NCBI RefSeq assembly: GCF_006345805.1
Contig: NC_043001.1
Location: 93,930,001-93,994,000, forward strand
Length of the DNA stretch: 64,000 nucleotides
Reading direction: 5' to 3'
Origin: Octopus sinensis
Taxonomy: Eukaryota
The first letter of the stretch is position 1. Each line of letters opens with the position of its first letter. A program made the position numbers and the translations under genes. Under the pieces are notes generated by a model that worked only from the letters and a program-made list of their open reading frames with translations, was not told where the DNA came from and did no database searches. Shown one piece after another: positions 13,248-25,793 of the stretch.

Positions 13248-14176
13248 TATACATATATACATATATATACATATATACATATATATATACATATATATAC
13301 ATATACATATATATACATATATATACATATATACATATATATATACATATATACATATATATACATATATATACATATATATACATATACATATATATAC
13401 ATATATATACACATATACATTTATATACTTATATACATATATATACATATATACATATATATACATAATATATATACTATATATACATATATACATATAT
13501 ATACATATATACTATATATACATATATATATACATATATATACATATAATATATACATATATACATATATATACATATATATACATATATACATATATAT
13601 ACATATATATATACAAATATATATATACAAAATATATACATATATATACATATATATATATACATATATATGCAAATATATATACATATATATATATATA
13701 TACACATATATATATATACATATATACATATATATATACATAATACATATATATATACATATATACATATATATATATACAAATATATATATATATATAC
13801 ATATATACATATATATATATATACACACATATATATATATATACATATATACATATATTATATATATATATATATATACACATATATATATATACATATA
13901 TACATATATATATACTATATATATATACATTATATACATATACATATGTATATATATATACTATATAAATATATATACATATATATATATACATATATAT
14001 ATATACATATCTACATACATATATATATACATATATATACATATATATATATACATATATATGTACATATATATACATATATATATACATACATATATAT
14101 ACATATATATATACATATATATATAATATATATATATATACATATAATATATAAATATATATATATATATGTATTA

Positions 14177-14250
<74 letters not shown>
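13178..14250. repeat. About 1.07 kb compound (TA)n/(TACA)n microsatellite
   Basis: Directly visible. Confidence 0.98.
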
Positions 14251-14941
14251 ATACAGTATATGAGATTGTATTAATATCTATGAGTATATGCGGATGTGCG
14301 TGTGAGTGAGGGTGTTAGTACATAGACACTGCGGCCTGTACTGATTTCTCTATAAACCATGCGATGACAGACATACACTCTGCAATCTATGAATGTGTAG
14401 CGATGTGTCGGGGTTTATTCATGTGTGTGTGGGTTTTTATATGGTTGTGTGGGTTCAGGGTTGGATGAGGATGAGTATGTTTTTCTTGTGCGGTGTGGGG
14501 GCGGCTCTCAACGGACCAACCATGAGGAAGACAATGATAATTTAAATTCAAATCCAATAGTGTATTTATGTCATAAGGAAAATTACTAAATGGAACCCGG
14601 ACATACATATGTGCGAGTTTGGATCCTAATGTAAGCGATAATAATAATATTATGAATGATAATGATGGTAGCATTAATGGTATGGACAATGATAACGATG
14701 TTAACTTTAATGACACTTTAGAAATTAGTAGGAAGTAATATAATTTACTATTGACTATGTTTATTTGCATCTAGGTACTAATATGTGTATGTTTATTATC
14801 ACAATATTAAGTTGAAAAACTGAAACGTTGGATGTGGAACATATATATGTTTGCTAATTTATATTATTTATTTACATTATTATGTATATGTATATTTTCA
14901 TATGTATAGGTGTGTGAGTATATGCACTCATATGTATATGT

Positions 14942-15072
14942 ATATCTCCGAAGAGGCCTTATGATACTTTTGTAAATGTCTCATTTATATCCATATATTG
15001 ACCTACCATAAAAGGCTAATATTTGTAAAATGAGACATACTTATCTACATGGCCGAAACAGCTGTAAGATGT
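14942..15072 (+). ncRNA. Type I hammerhead motif with CCGAAGA core and extended stem II
   Basis: atatct CCGAAGA ggcc...(internal tgtctcattt/aaatgagaca helix)...ggcc GAAA cagctg TA agatgt. Stem I has 6 bp; stem III is the palindrome ACAGCTGT. Confidence 0.65.
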
Positions 15073-15304
15073 AATCTATACTTATATTTATATTAACTTA
15101 TATTTATATTCTTTTTTTTATATATATCCTACTTATTATACCACATTACTCTTTTATGTACACTTTTTTTATGTACATCCCTTTATGTACACTGATTTGT
15201 TCTGCTTTTTTTATGTTTAACCCTACAGTGTCTTATGTGGTGGTTTAATAAAGAATGTGATTGAGTATTATCTGATAATTGATATTTGATTTAGATGTAT
15301 TTCT

Positions 15305-15592
<288 letters not shown>

Positions 15593-16285
15593 TACGTGAA
15601 TGTTCATATTGCCTGAATTGTTTTGACTTAAATATTTAAAACGTTTCCAGGCGCTCAAACACAGCCGTTTGTATAAAATATACAGAATATAGCACTGATT
15701 TTGAGGTAGGAAAAAAAGAAAAAATATGAAAGCAACTGTTCTGTTATTATCCCTTGTAAGAGAATGCACTGATAGACCTCTTATATCACAGCGTATATCA
15801 TATATGAATTAAAAAGAGATTTTTAAGTACAAATTATTTAAGAAAACTATTAGTGCAGCGAAATACAGGAAGGAACATACATCTGTTGTCTTCTTTCCTG
15901 GGTGCTGTACTTAGAAGAAATATGTTGCTATGTATGTACATAACATATACAAACAACTGTATATATGTATGTATGTATGTAACCGTGTATGTGTGTATGC
16001 ATGTATGTATGTAACTTTACATATATATATATATATATATATAAAGTTAAATATCATGTACATATATATATGTGATGTAGTGATAACACAGAGATCTTGG
16101 CTTAAATACTTGATGTTCCGCGATAATTACATGATAATGAATAAATATACGTGGAACAACTCACCCCAGTACAGAGACACTCAAAAGTGTGGTTACACAA
16201 ATGCACACACTCACGTACAAATACTCTAATAGATAAGCACAGGAACATTCCAAACCATGCCTATGCAACCACGCTGAGACGCAAA

Positions 16286-16830
16286 TACGTGGTCTGATCA
16301 ATAAGTATACGGCCTGTTGCCATAATGACGAAGCTAAAGCATGCAGAGTTAAGCTCCTTGGCACAAACTGACCTTGCTCTCTGTTGTGCATGCACACTAA
16401 GTTTTACCATTCTAGCTTGCTTCCGCAGTTTACAGCAGTTCTTGGAAGGAAGGTGCATAGCGTGAGAACGTCGCATTGAATATGACAGAGAAAATTGAGC
16501 AGAGGATCTGCATCAAGTTTTGACACAAGCTTGGCAAAAGCTGCTCAGAGGCATACGCAAAGTTTTCAAAAGGTTTTCATCTTTCACGACACAATCAACG
16601 AGATCTTCTGCAACTGAAACTCGAATGATTTTTTTTGCCAGCTGAAAGCAGTTTTGACACAAAACTTCGCAGACATGCGTCTCATACCCAAATCTTCAAT
16701 GATAATGAACTGAAGCGAGCCGTAACTAATCTGCACATCATCTGATAACTCATGGATGATGATTCGACGATTTCACCTCACAATGGCACGTACATATGCG
16801 ATGTTTTCTCAGTTCCGGTAGTTGTAGATC
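16286..16830. mobile_element. Rearranged mariner remnant: 5' TIR and N-terminus on +, next transposase segment on -
   Basis: TIR tacgtggtctgatcaataagta and MTEKIEQRICIKF*HKLGKSCSEAY on + (from about 16491). Minus strand 16830-16560 reads ..RIIIHELSDDVQISYGS..EDLGMRRMSAKF..LSAGKK..RVSVAEDLVDCVVKDENLLK. Confidence 0.8.
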
Positions 16831-16925
16831 TAACCAACTAACTATTGTTTCGCATGTTTAATGTGTTAGCTAAACACTCAGTTTTTTGTTTGCTTGGCAG
16901 AGTCGTTTCGTAGCTATTCGTGACC

Positions 16926-17014
16926 AGCTCAATGACATGAGATGGATGCATTACTGTCCATTATATATCCTGTCGGACATTATGTAGTGCATCCGTCGAA
17001 ACATATGTAGAATT
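16926..17014 (+). ncRNA. Degenerate hammerhead motif with long stem II
   Basis: 14-bp helix gatggatgcattac/gtagtgcatccgtc, then GAAA catatg TA with palindrome ACATATGT. The core (aatgacatga) is damaged. Confidence 0.45.
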
Positions 17015-17019
17015 CAAGA

Positions 17020-17280
17020 TGTAACTGGTTTAACTACATCCCGAGAGTTCGTTCCTTATTCAGTTCAACCGAGGGCATTTGTCCACACTCGCCTGGATCA
17101 CTGCTTCGAACTGTGATCGCCGCAGAGCGACAAACTAGTGGCGGAACGCAAAGCAATCCAGCGCCACTACACAAAGAAGATTGACTCGGTAAAACAGATG
17201 AGTTACAAGAGAGGCTACAAGAACTGAAGCTCTACTCTGTGGAGAGAAGGCGGGAAAAGAATGCAATGATATATATATAT

Positions 17281-17328
<48 letters not shown>

Positions 17329-17720
17329 CATATACATAATCCTTGAAAGTCTAGCTCCCAACTTTGTAATTAAAAATTATACGAACCATCGAAATGGACG
17401 GCCTTGCCAAATGTACCGTCTTCTTCATCTGAGATAGGGATCTAGTATTGCAAACATATCTTGGGGTTCAGGGAACCACAACTATTTAAGATCCTGCCAA
17501 GGAAACTAAGAGATCTGCAAGGGGCAGATGTGGAAACGTTCAAAAAGTGCCTAGGTAAATTTCTATCTGAAATCCCAGATGAGCCCACATTAAGGCAGGA
17601 GGCAGAAAGAAGAGCAGCTTCGTTTCGTCCAACTTCCTTCTTCACCAAAATCACCAACGTAGACAGACGCCAAATTGCTGAAAGGCAGTACTCCTTCATG
17701 GCACCAACTTCTGGCTAAAT
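17020..17720 (+). mobile_element. 3' part of a CR1-clade LINE, interrupted by (TA)n
   Basis: VHTRLDHCFEL*SPQSDKLVAERKAIQRHYTKKIDSVKQMSY..RLQELKLYSVERRR, then GFREPQLFKILPRKLRDLQGADVETFKKCLGKFLSEIPDEP, a typical CR1 ORF2 end. Confidence 0.85.
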
Positions 17721-17749
17721 CCAGGAAAAGTATAAAGGAATAAAAGAAT

Positions 17750-17827
<78 letters not shown>

Positions 17828-18497
17828 TGTGTGTCTGTGTGTGTGTGTCTGTATTTACGTGTGTACGGAAATTTTTATCTGGGGCCTTGAGTATCATTCT
17901 ACTTCGTTCATCAGATAAAAGCTCGCCACTCTTTTCATTTAAAACACTTTTACAGCTAGGCATTTACCACAACAGAAATTTAGATGAGTGACATTGCAAA
18001 TTAGAAGAGGCATTATCTGTAAGGGTTTAGAAAATAGTACTTTCTATTCAGTATTCAGATCAAGCACGCTTGAGATAACACACTTGTATGGAATTTATTC
18101 ACAGAAAACTGATTCCATTGAAGTCCCTAACACATCCATAAATCACCTTTGATGCACATGATAATTATTCAAAGACCTTTGATGCAATTGTAGAAATTCA
18201 TTGTAGGTAATACTTTAAGGTTCTTCCAAGCCTGCCATAGTTCTAGGTTATGCACTTTGAATATCAGTGAATACAATTTGCAGTAAAAGTGTTCTAGGTA
18301 TACATAAGCAATTCACTTGCTAATCATTAATGCCATTACAGACCTTGTGGGCAACCAGGTATTAAATATTCATTCTTTACATGACGCTAAAGATATCTCT
18401 AATCCTAATCCGCACAAAGGCAAACTACAGAGGCCTATAACCAGATGATCAAGAAAGGGAGAGAGAAAGAGACAGACAGACAGATAGACAGCTAGAC

Positions 18498-18548
<51 letters not shown>

Positions 18549-18549
18549 T

Positions 18550-18815
18550 CAGGTGTGGGTGTGTGGTAAGCAGCATGCTTCCGAACCACATGGTTCCGGG
18601 TTCAGTCCCACTACGTGGCATCTTCGGCAAGTGTCTTCTATTATGTCCTCGGGCTCACGAAAGCCTTGTGAGTGGATTTGGTTGACGAAAACTGAAAGAG
18701 CGTGTGGTATATATATATATATAAATATTTATATAAATTTATATGTGTGTGTGAGTGTGTGTATGTGTGAGTTTGATTGTCTTGACGAACCGGTGCTGGT
18801 TTGTTTATGTTCCCA
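18550..18815 (+). mobile_element. SINE family B, 3'-truncated
   Basis: gtgtggtaag..aaccacatggttccgggttcagtcccact.cgtggca..ggcaagtgtcttcta head and CORE-like segment; internal TA/TG microsatellite. Confidence 0.85.
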
Positions 18816-18929
18816 TTCATGTGCCTATGGGCCATTAAATTGCCCTAGAACACCAGGTAATTAACAACAACAACAGCAATAATAATAATAATAATGATAA
18901 TAATCATAATATTTATTATTTTCTTTACG

Positions 18930-19115
18930 ATTTGTAGTTGCGCTAACACCCATAACAATGTGTTATGGATGTGGGAAGAAAGGTCCGTCATTGAACCACC
19001 TTCTGTTTATGGATGATCTGAAATTGTTTGGAAAATTTGAAAAACTGATAGAATCCTGAAGCCAAAACGGTCCAGACGTGTGGCATGGACATCGGCATGG
19101 AATTTGGGATAAAAA
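18930..19115 (+). mobile_element. R4-clade RT fragment
   Basis: SLNHLLFMDDLKLFGK...DIGMEFGI, next to (AAT)n. Confidence 0.8.
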
Positions 19116-19144
19116 AAAAATACAAATAAGTATATGAGGGGAAA

Positions 19145-19455
19145 TTTTATAATTATCAGCATAATTATAATTAGGGTTCAGCCAAAATTACATCACCACA
19201 TACCGAAATACTATACTGAAGACAGAAATAAGTGAGTAAAAATGATATTTTACATTTCTTTAATCCAGAAACGCGTATATAGTTCATCAAAGCCAGGTGG
19301 ATTCGTTATTTTCTATTTGCCTGCGCGTGTTGGGAGTATTGCTGTCTGGGATATATCTTACGGTAGTGGGATAGTATTTAATTGCTATTTCTAAATTTCG
19401 GTATGTGGTGAGGCAACTTTGCTGAACCCTAATTATAATTATGCTTATAATTATA
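19145..19455 (+). mobile_element. Penelope-type pseudo-LTR unit with a partial inverted copy of its 3' end; contains a hammerhead motif at 19211-19282
   Basis: taattataattagggttcagc..caccacataccgaaat is inverted against its 3' end. Motif: ctata CTGAAGA ... GAAA cgcg TA tatag. Homologue at 20281-20545. Confidence 0.6.
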
Positions 19456-20163
19456 AAACTTATATATATATATTTGTTCTTCGTAGTCCATCGATCTCCG
19501 ATAAAGACGTAGGCTGTGGTCTCAGTAGACAGTGGTGGGAACACATGTAGCTCCGCAGTTGAAACCTGGAAGCATGCACGCACACACACACATACACACA
19601 TATATGCGTGTGTGTGTGTGTGTGTGTGGTGTGTGTGTGTGTGTGCTTGTATATACATGCATGTTAAGTGCATGCAAAAGAAAGGTAACAAAAATCTGAA
19701 ACGTCAGATCAGCTTTGTATCTTTTACCGCAATTGGAAGCACTAACACACCGCGTATAATATAACCTATGCTTAAATCCTTTCAAAGATCTTCAGCGTCC
19801 ACAACATCAAACACAGGCACTTACACAAACCCCTTCATATTCACACACACATAAACACATGTGCGCACGTAGGGATCGTTCCCTATGTGCGCCCATGTGA
19901 GGGTTCTTAAAGTAAATTTCATTAGAATTGTGGTAATTGGCAGCCTGCCAATATGGCGTAGATCTAAAAGGAACTTAGACCTGTTGTCCCCTTTCCGAGA
20001 TTGCACATACAGGCAGTTATATACGCTTGTATGAATGCATACATACACACATGGGCAAACACCTCCATACGCCTTCATACTTTGACACATACACACGTAC
20101 GCACACATATTAGACCATTTTGGATTGCCTTGATAACGTTATGTTACGATATCTTTTAGGATA

Positions 20164-20280
20164 TATTGAGTTGTCCGGAAAGTTCGTGCCGATTTATAGC
20201 AGCTTACATTTCGACTTATTTTAGAACATGGTTGAGTGCATAAAATAGGATTTGACTACATCGCTCAAATTTAAAATTTG
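20164..20280 (+). mobile_element. Mariner terminal inverted repeat fragment
   Basis: tattgagttgtccggaaagttcgtgccgattt is a mariner-type TIR. Confidence 0.6.
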
Positions 20281-20545
20281 AAATACTGTACTGATTAAGG
20301 GAATGAGTGAGTAGAAATATGATTTTACATCTCTCTAAACCCGAAACGCGTATACAGTTAATCAGAGCCGGGTGGATTCGTTATTTTTTCTCTTTTTAGC
20401 TGCGTGAGTTGGTGAGTATTGCTATCTGGTAGATATCTTATGGTAGTTGAATAGTATTTTAACTGCTATTTCTAAATTTCGGTATGTGGTGAAGCAAATT
20501 TTGCTGAACCCTAATTATAATTATGCTCATAATCTAGAATTTTTG
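20281..20545 (+). mobile_element. Second copy of the pseudo-LTR unit; hammerhead motif at 20286-20357
   Basis: ctgta CTGATTA a ggg...ccc GAAA cgcg TA tacag; the rest aligns to 19210-19455. Confidence 0.6.
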
Positions 20546-20663
20546 CATAAGTTTACCGATACTAGGTCTTTTAACATACCGAAGTACTTGGTAAATATTA
20601 TTAATTGATTAATTAATTTGACCCTTTATTATTATTGATAATATATACATGTAAACATATATA

Positions 20664-20713
<50 letters not shown>

Positions 20714-21603
20714 ATACAAGCATTAAAAATGGCCGAAAAAGCTCTGGTGTTCCTCTCGCCGCAGCAGTGATAAATTTGCGTCTCTGGCATTTAGTGTGTT
20801 TTGAATACAGTAAGTCTAGAGAGATATTATCTCAGGACAAATACTGCAGTAAATGACCGCACAACAACTATTCTTCATGTACAATATAGTGATAGCCATG
20901 CATTTATATACTAGTGTGTTTTTAGAGAGGTGCATTGCGTATATATATTAATCTTAACGTACGAACACGTATGCATATATACACATACGTGTATACATGT
21001 ATACAGACTCACATGCACGCACACAAATAAATAAATATGTGTATGTGTATTATGCTTGATCAGTTATGTACAGGTCTTTGTAGTTTGATGCTGTTTGGAG
21101 TGAGATTACCAACGTATTTTACAACGAGTAAAGAATTAATATTTAATACCTTGTCATCTGCGAGGTCTGTAATGGCAGAGATGAATAACGTGTGCATTGC
21201 CTATGATCACCTATGATACTTTTGCTGTAAATTGTATTCACTGATATTCAAAGTTCATAATCTAGGACTACGATAAGCTGTGAAGAGCCCTTAAGTATTA
21301 CATTGAAGGATTTCTGGAATTACAATAAAAGACGTTACATCATTATCATGAATATCAGAGGTGAATTATGAATTTACTTAATGTACTTTAAGGGCAACCA
21401 TTAGCAATGAAGAAATTCCATTTGCCGGTATAATCTGAAGTTTAATTTGAAACTGAAAGGGAAGCATTTTGGAAGTCCTTAAATATTAATGCCTTTTCTA
21501 AATTGCAATATGTGGATTGTGGTAAATTGCTAGGTTCATGTGATTTGTTCAGCGTGTCAATAAAAAAGGGTAGGTTTGTTGATATTGTTAATTATTGAGG
21601 AAA

Positions 21604-22905
21604 ATGGAGAAAACGCCAGCGAGCGGCCCGGCCACAGTTATGCGGCAGCAACTGGAAAAGGAGTTGAAGATAAAACGTTGGAGACATTCGAAATCAAGGT
21701 CGAACCTAGAAAAATGAAGGCATGCGAAAAGTTGCTGGAGAAAGGAGGGCGAGACGTTAAAGCTGACACCACCTGCAGAGCTGACAAACAGCATAACGAA
21801 GCGAAAAGTCACGTATAAAACTATGAGAATTGCAACAAGAAAGATAGAGATTGCGACAGTGGAAGAGATAGAAGTATTGAAAAATATTAAAAAGTTAACA
21901 ACTTTTATAACAAGAGGAAGGAAGTATGTCACCGTGGATGTGCGCTTCACGTCAGAAGAAGAGGCAATCAAACACGCAACAGAGGCAATAAGATCGGAAG
22001 AGTGGATACTTTTGCCGTCGTACTGCGGCAAACGTGTAACCAGAGTACAAGTTGGCCAAGTGCCCCCAGAACTAGAAGAGGCGTGACTCATGACAGCCAT
22101 AATGTTCAATATGAAAGATGGGGGCGAAATATTAAAGGCCACAAGAACCAATAAGCTACAAGTAAAAATACCAGTTGCTCCGGTAGAAAAGGATTCGGAA
22201 ATTCAGCGAAACTGTTTACAGTAGAGGAGGAAAAGAGAGAACAGTAAAGCCAAAATAAAGTAACGAAAATAAAAGGAAATGGTGTATGGTATTACGTAAC
22301 CTACCCGAAAATATTGAAAGAGAGAAGAAAATACTCAAGTTCAACCAAATAGTAAGAGTAAAGATACCAGCATACATATATGGAGAGGATATGGAGGCTA
22401 TAGTGATTGAAGAGAAAAGTTATAAGAGACTGAAAGAAATGTGTGGAGATAATACTGACCCACCAGGAGTAAAGGTGGAATTCAAAGAATTGCCACCAGT
22501 AGTAGATTTAGTAGAAATCGAACCGCTAATGAAATATTACTAAAAAATAAATATGTCAAATCGACAGGAAACAAAAAAGAAAACGGCGGAAAAAAAGGAA
22601 AAAGTAAGAGTAAGTGTTTTATGTTATGACTAAAAAATATTGAAAAAGAGAAGAACAATTTTAGAGAACGTATAACGGTTCAAATAATTGTAATGGTAGA
22701 CGATAATTAATTGTTATGTAAATACATGATAAAAATGGACAGTTTAAAAAGATTAATGGTAATGCATGAGATGAGGGGCGCATACAGCCATTCATAACCC
22801 CATTATTGTATAATTATCTCATCATATTCGTTTTATGTATTGTCCCCTCTGTGGTGTCCTGTCTGTCCTCCTCTACGTTTGGGCTCTTGTGGCTAATAAA
22901 GAAAC
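21604..22905 (+). mobile_element. Decayed L1/Tx1-like element carrying only an ORF1-like sequence and a 3' tail
   Basis: Frameshifted MEKTPASGPA/SYAAATGK..FEIKVEP/..KKLTTFITRGRKYVTVDVRF.SEEEA...VTRVQVGQVPPELEEA*LMTAIMFNM ... PPGVKVEFKELPPVVDLVEIEP. No RT or endonuclease motif is seen before the tail ending gtggctaataaagaaa. Confidence 0.55.
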
Positions 22906-24320
22906 CGAGCGTGACTGTAAACTTTATTCTGCTCCAAAAGTAGAGTGAGTCAGGTTTCGAAGAACCGAATTCAAAACTTTTTGTGATAGAAGTTCACTAT
23001 TCAGCACCCGAATGGAATGTTGGGACTTAACAAAAATGAGGAGGATGATTTTACCACATACGCTGGAGTAGTCAAGCGTAAGTGCGAAAATTTCAAAGTC
23101 CAGAATGTCATTCAAAATATGTAATTTATCGCCCGTTGCAGCATGTGCTATTTTCGCTACTTTACGAAACCCCGGTTTCCCATAATTTCCCCCAAGTATC
23201 CGCATTTATAATGCACCTGAAGATAAAGACATTCGTGCAAGGATTTTCTCGAAAATGGAGCTAGCACACCAGGATTTAGTTCTACAGATAATCGTAAAAG
23301 AGTGACAGACTATGATAAATCTTAAACATAATGTGAACAAAATACAAGATAAAGACTCTGCAAAATTTCAAATGTGTGATCCCAGGAAACACAAAAAAAA
23401 ATGTGTGAGGGTCCAATCCGTGTTATTGTTGTGGGGTCCTACATTACAAAATGATTGTCCGTTTAAAAACAAAGAGTGCTATAGTCATCAGAAGTTGGGA
23501 CACAGAAGTTCTCATTGTAGAACAAGACTACGATGCTCAAACACAAAGTTCTAATGTGTTTTCAGGAGAGTGATTGCGACGAAAAATCAAGAAAATTCCT
23601 GCACATAAAAATAAATGATGTGAATACCAAATTACAGTTAGACACAAGTAGTGATATCTCCATTATAAATGCGGATACTTGGGGGAAAAAAAAAGAAACC
23701 GGCATTTCGTAAAGCAGCGAAAATAGCACGTGGTGTAACGGGCGATAAATTGCATTTCATTAGCAAAACCTGTATCGACATCACATTTCGATGAGAGACA
23801 CGCGAAGAAAAATTATTCGTTGTGGATAATACAATCAATCTTTTTGGCACAGATTAGTTAGAAGTATTCGATTTATGGCACCACCCAGTAAATACTTACA
23901 GCAATAACATAAATAATTGTCCCGTTAAAAACAAGGCGTCGGAAGAATTGAACGAAAGAATTGTTCCGGAATTGTTATAAAAGGATTTAAGGTCTATGTA
24001 GAAAGACAGAAGCATATTTCCAAGTTAGTGAACAGAAATTACCGTTCGCAGCGATTGAAACTAACTGAAGTGTTGGACAGACTCGAAAAGAGTTGAAACA
24101 TCAAGAAGGTGGATTACTCGAAGTGGGCGGCATCCACGGTATGTATTTAAAAAGATAATAATATTAGACTGTGCGCTAATTTCAGTACAGGCTTGAACTA
24201 CTCCTTAAGAGCATACCACCATCCACTGCCGACTGTAGAATACATCTTTTCAAAATAAAATGTTGGAAAATTGTTTTTCAAAATTAGATCCGTCTCAAAC
24301 CTATTTACTGATAATCGTAA
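22906..24320 (+). mobile_element. Decayed Gypsy LTR retrotransposon gag-protease-RT fragment
   Basis: DLTKNEEDDFTTYAGVV and EDKDIRARIFSKME (gag); DCPFKNKECYSHQKLGHRSSHC (zinc knuckle); KINDVNTKLQLDTSSDISIIN (aspartic protease); VDYSKWAA..IRLCANFSTGLN...HPLPTVEYIF (RT N-terminus). Confidence 0.88.
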
Positions 24321-24972
24321 ATATAAAATGCTCAAACTATATTATGGAAATAAAAAATGCTTAAAAAAAAAAATGAAATTCAGAAGCCAGTAGTTTTGCA
24401 ATTTGCGAGGATATTCTGAAGTATGCCCAAACAGTGGGGCTTCATGCACGCTCAGAAGAATTGTATATTATGATCATTAAGTTCTGGATACGATCTGTTA
24501 TTTTGCTCTTACAGGAACTGGGATTGCATAGTTTTAAATTGTCAACAATATGAAACTGCACTTTTACCTTAGCTCGGAGGCTACTTGCGTTTTAATTAAG
24601 ATCAAAGTAGGTGGTTAACGATGTGAAAAAATCTATCGTCACATTACACACATACATGCACATCCTTATATACGCATGTATATATGATGTAAATACTGCT
24701 TATTACACACACATACATATGTATACATGAATGTGTATGTATAAATATTCGTTTCTATCAATAACTCCGACACTAACACTGACAGTAATATATTATATGA
24801 AGAGAAAAGAAAATCCATTTCTTATAAAAGTATATAAAGTGATTTCCTAGAGCCTATTAAAAGTTGAATAAAATATCTTTCATTGTTGATCTATGATGAT
24901 TGACATTAGACTAAAACGCCCCAAGAATACTGTAGGAAATATATGACCACCACGCCTACCATTAATACACGC

Positions 24973-25382
24973 GGATCTTTTCGGTTTGAATGGCGGTTTT
25001 TTTTCTAGCGGTGTCATATGAAATTGTCACCCATAATTATGACCCTAGTATCGATCTATTACATTTCAATCTGTTTTAGGGTTAGGGTAGGGGTAGGGTA
25101 TCTTTCTTTCTTCACAAATGTAAATAAACCCAATCTGTTTATTAAAAGAAGGACATATTCATACGGCAGAGAATGTTTTTTTTTACCTCAATGGACGTCA
25201 TTGATTGGTTGAAATTGCAGAAATTGAAGAAAAAACAGCAAATATCTTACAAACTATAGAATTTTCGCAATAAAGCCAAGAGAAAAAGATGCTTTATAAA
25301 CACATTCTACCAGTATACGAAGTTTAAAATTTTTTAGTTACCTAGAACTTGTTAAAGACTGCTGTTCAAACCGAAAAGATCC
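24973..25382. mobile_element. MITE with perfect 18-bp TIRs and 8-bp TSD (Merlin-like)
   Basis: TIR ggatcttttcggtttgaa at both ends. TSD atacacgc at 24965-24972 and 25383-25390. Internal ttagggttagggtagggg. Confidence 0.88.
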
Positions 25383-25793
25383 ATACACGCCTACTATCAA
25401 TAACTCCTACCACAATGCAACTCACATCATCTCCACTATCAATCTACCAACATTTGAACTGGTTACAACTGGCTACAACAGATATCAGTATGTATGACAA
25501 CACTTCTGTGCGTATGAGTGTGTGTATGTTTACATGTGTGTGTGTGTATATGAGTGTTTGTGTATGTTTGTGTGTGTGTGTGTGGTTTACGTCTCTAGTA
25601 AGAAATGCCTATAAAATCTTATGATCCTTCTGCCAACAGTAATTATATTGTACTTTCTCCTCGAACCCTCACGTTTTCCTCTCACTTTCATTATTACATC
25701 GATAGGAATACAACTATTTTCCGCTCTCACGAAACAGAATCTCAGCGAGGCCATTTTTCTTTTCACTACATAGTTGTTGGGATTAATTAATCA

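Noticed and set aside
25077-25100. Interstitial telomere
   Set aside because: Only two or three units, and they lie inside a TSD-flanked MITE.
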